From Aliivibrio fischeri ES114 (lineage in GTDB: Bacteria; Pseudomonadota; Gammaproteobacteria; Enterobacterales; Vibrionaceae), in assembly GCF_000011805.1 (NCBI RefSeq), contig NC_006840.2: 32,000 nucleotides of DNA; one strand, 5' to 3'. Position 1 is the first letter of the stretch. Each line of letters opens with the position of its first letter. Under the pieces are notes generated by a model. That model was given only the letters and a program-made list of their open reading frames with translations. It was not told the DNA's origin and ran no database searches. Made by a program: the position numbers and the translations under genes. This document shows positions 26,817 through 32,000 of this stretch, piece after piece.

Positions 26817-27719
26817 ATGAAAATCGATTTAACAACATTAGTAACAGAGAGCCGTAACAAAGCGAGTGAAAATATCGATGTGTTATCAACGGTAGAAATG
26901 CTAACCGTTATTAACCAAGAAGATCAAAAAGTTGCATTGGCTGTTGAAGCGATTCTTCCTCAAATTGCAGATGTTGTTGATGCTATTGCCGTTGCTTTTC
27001 AATCTGGCGGTCGTTTGATTTACACAGGTGCGGGTACTTCAGGGCGTTTAGGTATTTTGGATGCAAGTGAATGTCCTCCAACGTATGGTTCAAACCCTGA
27101 TTTAGTTGTCGGCTTAATTGCTGGCGGACACAAAGCGATTTTAAAAGCGGTTGAGAATGCTGAAGATAACCGTGAATTAGGCGCATCGGATCTACAAGAC
27201 CTCGGTCTTAATGAGAAAGATGTTTTAGTTGGTATTGCGGCAAGTGGTCGAACGCCTTATGTACTTGGTGCGATGGAATATGCGAAATCAGTAGGAGCAA
27301 CGGTTGCGACACTAAGTTGTAATCCAAATAGCCCAATGACAGAGCTTGCAGATATTAACATGACACCTGTTGTAGGCCCTGAAGTAGTGACAGGTTCTTC
27401 TCGAATGAAGGCGGGAACAGCACAAAAATTAGTACTGAATATGCTAACAACAGGGGCGATGATCCGCACTGGTAAAGTATTTGGAAATCTAATGGTTGAC
27501 GTAGAAGCAACCAATGCAAAATTAGTTCAACGACAAAAAAATATTGTGATTGAAGCAACAGGTTGCTCAGAAGTCGAAGCTTCAGAAGCATTATCTCAAT
27601 GTGATAATCACTGTAAAACAGCCATTTTAATGGTCTTGTCAGGGTTAGATGCACAAAGTGCGAAAGCAAAATTAGCACAACATAATGGCTTTATTCGAAA
27701 TGCACTTTCAGACCAGTAA
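26817..27719 (+). CDS. murQ: N-acetylmuramic acid 6-phosphate etherase
   Basis: 300 aa with the SIS-fold pattern [28 protein letters not shown]…[11 protein letters not shown]…[17 protein letters not shown], characteristic of MurQ. A MurNAc PTS gene lies downstream. Confidence 0.95.
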   Translation: MKIDLTTLVTESRNKASENIDVLSTVEMLTVINQEDQKVALAVEAILPQIADVVDAIAVAFQSGGRLIYTGAGTSGRLGILDASECPPTYGSNPDLVVGLIAGGHKAILKAVENAEDNRELGASDLQDLGLNEKDVLVGIAASGRTPYVLGAMEYAKSVGATVATLSCNPNSPMTELADINMTPVVGPEVVTGSSRMKAGTAQKLVLNMLTTGAMIRTGKVFGNLMVDVEATNAKLVQRQKNIVIEATGCSEVEASEALSQCDNHCKTAILMVLSGLDAQSAKAKLAQHNGFIRNALSDQ

Positions 27720-27805
27720 TTGGTAACAAGGCCTTATACCAATCTGGATGAATCAAATTTTATCTAGGTTGGTACCTCAACGAACAAATTAAAAAGGAAC
27801 AGAAG

Positions 27806-29260
27806 ATGGCTAAAATAACCACTTCCATGATTCAAGAGATACTGACCGCAATTGGTGGCAAATCAAATGTCATTAAGTGTGGAAACTGTATGACACGTCT
27901 GCGCCTTACCCTTCATGATGATAATTTAGCAGATAGAGACACTATCAAACGTATTGCAGGTGTGATGGGACTTGTTGAGAGTGATGATCAATTTCAAATC
28001 GTATTAGGTCCGGGTAAAGCACAAACGGCAGCTGAGATGATGAATGAAATGATGGAAGGAGAGGAAGATAACTCAGCTTCAACAACGGCCGAAAGCCGAG
28101 ATTTAAAAGACGTTGCATCAGAACATAAACAGAAGTTAAAGAAAAAACAAACCAGCGCAGCACAACGTTTTTTGAGCAAGTTTGCTACCATTTTTACTCC
28201 ATTAATTCCGGGGTTCATTGCTGCTGGTCTGTTACTTGGTTTCGCAACCTTACTTGATCAAATTTATATCATAGGTAATGAGTCACCAAATGCGAATCTG
28301 GTGGATTTAATTCTTTATATGAAAGTCTTTAGTAAAGGCTTATTCAGCTTCTTAAGTATTTTAATTGGCTACAATGCACAACAAGCATTTGGTGGTTCAG
28401 GTGTAAATGGTGCGATCCTAGCGTCATTGTTTGTACTTGGTTATAACCCTGATGCAACCTCTGGTATTTATTCTGGTATGACGGACTTCTTTGGTCATGG
28501 TATTGACCCAAGAGGTAACATTATTGGTGTATTGATTGCCGCTATTATAGGTGCTGGCGTTGAGAAGAAAGTTCGCCAATACATGCCTGATAACCTAGAT
28601 ATGATTTTAACTTCGGTTGTGACGTTACTTATTATGGGTGCGGTTACCTTTGTGGTTATCATGCCGATAGGTGGTGTGTTATTCCAAGGTATGTCATGGT
28701 TATTCATGAACTTAAACGGCAACCCAATTGGTAGTGCAATTCTTGCGGGTCTGTTTTTAATCTCAGTAATGTTTGGTATTCACCAAGGCTTTGTACCGGT
28801 TTACTTTGCTCTAATGGATGCACAAGGCTTTAACTCACTGTTCCCAATCCTTGCGATGGCAGGTGCAGGTCAAGTGGGGGCGGCATTGGCTCTGTATGCA
28901 AAAGCAAATAAAGACGCGTTGTTACGTACTCAAGTAAAAGGTTCTATTATCCCAGGCTTTTTAGGCATAGGTGAGCCACTTATTTACGGTGTAACACTTC
29001 CACGAGTGAAACCATTTATCACAGCTTGTGTAGGTGGTGCTGCAGGTGGCTTCTTTATCGGCTTAGTTTCATACATGGGCTTACCAGTAGGTTTGAATAC
29101 TGTATTTGGTCCATCAGGTATCGTTGCTCTACCTCTTATGACATCTAACGCAGGTATCTTTGCCGGAATGCTAGTCTTTGCAGCAGGTTTGGTCATCTCA
29201 TATGTCGCTGGCTTTCTTGCAACTTGGTTCTTCGGAACAAAGAATGTTGATTTAAGCTAA
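27806..29260 (+). CDS. murP: PTS N-acetylmuramic acid-specific EIIBC component
   Basis: N-terminal EIIB with active-site CGNCMTRLR, a charged linker, then a ~10-TM EIIC domain. Its position after murQ matches the E. coli murQP operon. Confidence 0.9.
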   Translation: MAKITTSMIQEILTAIGGKSNVIKCGNCMTRLRLTLHDDNLADRDTIKRIAGVMGLVESDDQFQIVLGPGKAQTAAEMMNEMMEGEEDNSASTTAESRDLKDVASEHKQKLKKKQTSAAQRFLSKFATIFTPLIPGFIAAGLLLGFATLLDQIYIIGNESPNANLVDLILYMKVFSKGLFSFLSILIGYNAQQAFGGSGVNGAILASLFVLGYNPDATSGIYSGMTDFFGHGIDPRGNIIGVLIAAIIGAGVEKKVRQYMPDNLDMILTSVVTLLIMGAVTFVVIMPIGGVLFQGMSWLFMNLNGNPIGSAILAGLFLISVMFGIHQGFVPVYFALMDAQGFNSLFPILAMAGAGQVGAALALYAKANKDALLRTQVKGSIIPGFLGIGEPLIYGVTLPRVKPFITACVGGAAGGFFIGLVSYMGLPVGLNTVFGPSGIVALPLMTSNAGIFAGMLVFAAGLVISYVAGFLATWFFGTKNVDLS

Positions 29261-29319
29261 GAGAAGAGTTCATAGAATAAATTAACGAATAAAAAGTACT
29301 TTCCCCTATAAGTACGCTA

Positions 29320-29353
29320 AGGCCTCACAGGTACCACTGTGGGGCCTTTTTTC
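29320..29353 (+). terminator. Rho-independent terminator of murQP
   Basis: AGGCCTCACAG (29320-29330) pairs with CTGTGGGGCCT (29337-29347) with one G-U pair, 6-nt loop, then TTTTTT. Confidence 0.75.
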
Positions 29354-29602
29354 TTGATTTAGTTTTTTAATTTATCTGAAAAAATCTAAAATTGAGTTCT
29401 AACATGTTGTTATGCATGGTTTAATTTTTTATTGATTTATAAGTGATATTAAATTTAGTCGTTTTATTTTTTTTGGTGTTTTTTTTAAAGAAAATCTTGG
29501 TATTGTTGTTTTAACTTTATTTGATTCAGAAAGTATCTTTATTTTAAAGAATTGTTTACTACTGAATATTTATCATAAAAAATCCATATTTAAGGTTGTT
29601 TA

Positions 29603-29725
29603 ATGAAACTACATATCAAAGGAGATATTTTGAAATTAATTAATATTTTGTCAAAAAAGAAAAATGTTACAGAAGAAGAATTAATTTATTTGGCTGTGAT
29701 TTCTTATTTTTCTAAAATTGAATGA
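29603..29725 (+). CDS. Possible 40-aa ribbon-helix-helix (CopG/Arc-like) mini-protein
   Basis: An ORF I translated by hand, below the track cutoff: MKLHIKGDILKLINILSKKKNVTEEELIYLAVISYFSKIE. It shows a strand-helix-helix pattern (KLHIK; GDILKLINILSKK; TEEELIYLAVISYF) like RHH proteins. AAGG lies 8 nt upstream. It could be a chance ORF in AT-rich DNA. Confidence 0.25.
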   Translation: MKLHIKGDILKLINILSKKKNVTEEELIYLAVISYFSKIE

Positions 29726-29774
29726 TTTAATTATTCATTTACTATTAATTAGACTTTGTAATTATTGGATTTAA

Positions 29775-30008
29775 ATGGAAATAAATAAAACATATATTTC
29801 GCACTCTATTGGTAGTTTTACAGATTTAATTGATTCACATGTATTTAATTTGGAAGGTGTAAATATACACTGTACGTTCACAATTAATAAGGATGAATAT
29901 TGGTTTTATAAAGTAATAGAGATGGCTTTTGAAAGAGGTATAGGGAAGGTTAGCTTAACTGATGGTACTAAATATCTTAATACAAAGACAAATGAGAAAG
30001 TTACATAA
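29775..30008 (+). CDS. Hypothetical 77-aa protein
   Basis: ORF in the AT-rich block, co-oriented with its neighbours. Weak SD and no recognisable motif. Confidence 0.35.
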   Translation: MEINKTYISHSIGSFTDLIDSHVFNLEGVNIHCTFTINKDEYWFYKVIEMAFERGIGKVSLTDGTKYLNTKTNEKVT

Positions 30009-30053
30009 ATGCTATAATATGGTTATTAAATATGTTTGTGTAGAATTGTTAAA

Positions 30054-31334
30054 ATGAAAGTAAGAATATATGATAATGTGATCTTTTTAGAAGAGCAAAA
30101 TTGTATAAAAATAAATGAAGTGAAGCATTTAATAGAGGGGAAACAGTCAAGTTTATTAAGTTTTTTAATTAGAAATGAAGGGGTTGTCTTTTCAAAAGAA
30201 GAAATTCTAGAAAAAGTATGGAAGAGTGTTGTTACAGATCAAGTTGTTGTCCAAGCCGTATTCAAATTAAGAAAATTATTTAAAGATAACAATCTCGAAT
30301 CTCCAATAGTAACAATACCTCAAAAGGGATATTTGTATGAATCACGTACTATTAAGGAAGATAGTTCTTGGTTTAGAAAAATTAAAAGAAAAGTTAATTT
30401 AAATAATATTTTTCTTACCATATTGATGGTATCTATATTTATGGTCGGCCTTTATTATTGTTCATTAGAAAAAGTTGAAGATAATCGCTGTGATACAATT
30501 AATTGTAATAATATCGTATATGTGAAATATGATAAAATTTCTTCAGAGCAACAAGGGCTATTAAATTTTATTAATTGGCATTTTTCAGTCAATCATAATG
30601 TTAATTTTTCATCTTCACTTGCTTTTAAAGAATTATCTTCAAGAGTTTTAGATATAGATTTTAAGAAAAATAAAATATCATTTTATGATGATAATTTAAA
30701 AGGTGATTATTTTGAGATAGTTTACAGTGGTAAGATAAGTAAATCCGAATTTTTATTATTGATGATGAATTTAGAAGAAAGGATATTACTTGATTACGAA
30801 CATGAAGAGCTGACATCATTTTATAATGGATTACCAAATGAAGCTGAAGCATTTAATCTGTTTCTATCCTCAATAGGGGACCCAAAAGGAGATTTATTTA
30901 ATAAGTTTAATATAAAAAAGTTGGAGTTAGCTGCTAATGTTGATTTAGGTAATCAATATATATTTTCAATGGAATATATAGTGAAGTTATTTTACCTATA
31001 CGATATATATTATAAAGATCCTGTGCTCAAATTAAAGATAGAGAAATTAAATAATCACTTTCTATCTGACTTGAAAAATATAAAGGTAGAAAAATATAAT
31101 TATAAAACATATGAAGCTCTTGCTGCATATGAGTTATCCATTGGTAACCCGTATAAAGCACTAGAGTATTTAACTAATTTAGATTTGAAAGAAAAGACAT
31201 TATATGGACTTTTCTTAAAAGCTAAAACTGAAGAATTATTACAAGAAAAAGATATTTCTAATGCTAAGTACATGAAAATTTATGAAAATATTGGCAGTAG
31301 GAATTATAAAATAATGATGAAATCATTTAAATAA
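30054..31334 (+). CDS. ToxR/CadC-like membrane-bound transcriptional regulator (winged helix - TM - periplasmic domain)
   Basis: OmpR/PhoB-type DNA-binding pattern LLSFLIRNEGVVFSKEEILEKVWKSVVTDQVVVQAVFKLRKLF…IVTIPQKGYLY. Basic stop-transfer RKIKRK plus TM IFLTILMVSIFMVGLYYCSL (nt 30405-30467), then a ~285-aa external domain. ATG30054 is preferred over TTG30036. Confidence 0.75.
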   Translation: MKVRIYDNVIFLEEQNCIKINEVKHLIEGKQSSLLSFLIRNEGVVFSKEEILEKVWKSVVTDQVVVQAVFKLRKLFKDNNLESPIVTIPQKGYLYESRTIKEDSSWFRKIKRKVNLNNIFLTILMVSIFMVGLYYCSLEKVEDNRCDTINCNNIVYVKYDKISSEQQGLLNFINWHFSVNHNVNFSSSLAFKELSSRVLDIDFKKNKISFYDDNLKGDYFEIVYSGKISKSEFLLLMMNLEERILLDYEHEELTSFYNGLPNEAEAFNLFLSSIGDPKGDLFNKFNIKKLELAANVDLGNQYIFSMEYIVKLFYLYDIYYKDPVLKLKIEKLNNHFLSDLKNIKVEKYNYKTYEALAAYELSIGNPYKALEYLTNLDLKEKTLYGLFLKAKTEELLQEKDISNAKYMKIYENIGSRNYKIMMKSFK

Positions 31335-31348
31335 TATGGAGAGTAAAG

Positions 31349-32000
31349 GTGCTTTTAAAAAATAAGATTCTAGTATATTCATCGATATTGGTGGTGGTTG
31401 TTGCAACTTTATTAACAATGAATGGATATAGAGCATTTTATAATTTCAATGAAAAAGTAGCGATTGAGTCTATTAATGACCGTTCTAAATTGTTAGCATC
31501 TTCACTTGAGGAAAAAATAAATGGGTATTTTTCATCTTTAAATTCATTTTCTATTTATTTTAAAGATGATGGTAGTTTTGATGAAGAAGCTACTGCAAAA
31601 AGCTTAAAATTACTGGCTGAAGCTAATGATGTACAAAATGCATTTATTGGGTTTAAAGATGGAAAAGTATTTAGTATCGATGGAAATTTATCTAATTTAA
31701 ATGCAAAAGAATCAAGAAGAGAGTGGTATACAAAGATCTTCTCTGGTGAAGATAGAGTAATAACCAAAGTATATAAAGATGCTAATAACCTAAATGTATT
31801 TGCGTTTGCCGTTCCTATTTTAAATAATAATAAAGAAATAATTGCTACTGTTGCATTTGGTATTAAACAAGATACTTTGAATGAAGCAATGTTAAAGCTG
31901 TCAAATAAGAACCAGATTTATACATTCATACACGATGGATATATTATCACTGCACAGAATAAAGAAAATATTGGTAAAAATATCAATGTTCTTGCTAAAG
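31349..32000 (+). CDS. dCache-type sensor protein, N-terminal part (chemoreceptor or other signal transducer; runs off the window)
   Basis: Translated by hand and absent from the track because no stop is reached. GTG31349 lies 5 nt after GGAGAG. TM ILVYSSILVVVVATLLTM is followed by a Cache-like periplasmic region (…ESRREWYTKIFSGEDRVITKVYKDANNLNVFAFAVPI…). The frame is open for 217 codons to the window end. Confidence 0.75.
   Translation, partial: MLLKNKILVYSSILVVVVATLLTMNGYRAFYNFNEKVAIESINDRSKLLASSLEEKINGYFSSLNSFSIYFKDDGSFDEEATAKSLKLLAEANDVQNAFIGFKDGKVFSIDGNLSNLNAKESRREWYTKIFSGEDRVITKVYKDANNLNVFAFAVPILNNNKEIIATVAFGIKQDTLNEAMLKLSNKNQIYTFIHDGYIITAQNKENIGKNINVLAK

Noticed and set aside
29603-30008. 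Calling the RHH-like ORF plus the 77-aa ORF a toxin-antitoxin system
   Set aside because: The 77-aa product shows no toxin-family hallmark. The 49-nt gap and weak ribosome-binding sites are atypical for TA pairs, and both ORFs could be chance in ~25% GC DNA. It is kept only as a low-confidence observation.
31555-31767. 70-aa - strand ORF near the window end
   Set aside because: It is antisense to the open dCache sensor frame (31349 to the window end), which has a TM segment, an SD and family-typical sequence.
1-32000. Search for mobile elements, integrases, tRNA/rRNA genes and CRISPR arrays
   Set aside because: No ORF has transposase, integrase or recombinase motifs. I found no terminal inverted repeats flanking a gene, no cloverleaf-like or rRNA-like GC-rich structured segments, and no spaced repeat array.

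Overview
32-kb chromosomal segment from an AT-rich marine gammaproteobacterium. It looks Vibrionaceae-like (inference from gene content: several chemoreceptors, NupC, MurR-MurQ-MurP, CARB-type beta-lactamase). I support about 32 coding genes, one of them frameshifted, plus terminators and a few regulatory sites. I saw no rRNA, tRNA, CRISPR array, transposase or integrase. Order of features: TAXI-TRAP transporter; two tandem chemoreceptors (4HB and NIT sensors); an ionotropic-glutamate-receptor-like channel; SAM methyltransferase; LysR regulator; nupC; a perfect 7-bp microsatellite; Bax-like glucosaminidase; ppiB; class A beta-lactamase; a frameshifted ACC-deaminase/D-Cys-desulfhydrase-family gene; yajD; an orphan ORF; an ICMT-family methyltransferase; a LolA-like + FtsX + FtsX + ATPase cluster; a zinc-finger-less J-protein and a beta-barrel gene; a DUF2798/LysR pair; a secreted HAD hydrolase; murR-murQP; and a very AT-rich terminal block with a ToxR-like regulator and a dCache sensor. 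Top candidates for follow-up are the iGluR-like channel (7527-8627), the self-contained Lol-like export cluster (17108-21029, possibly extending to 23280) and the AT-rich block from 29354 onward. All family calls rest on motifs read by eye. No database search was run.
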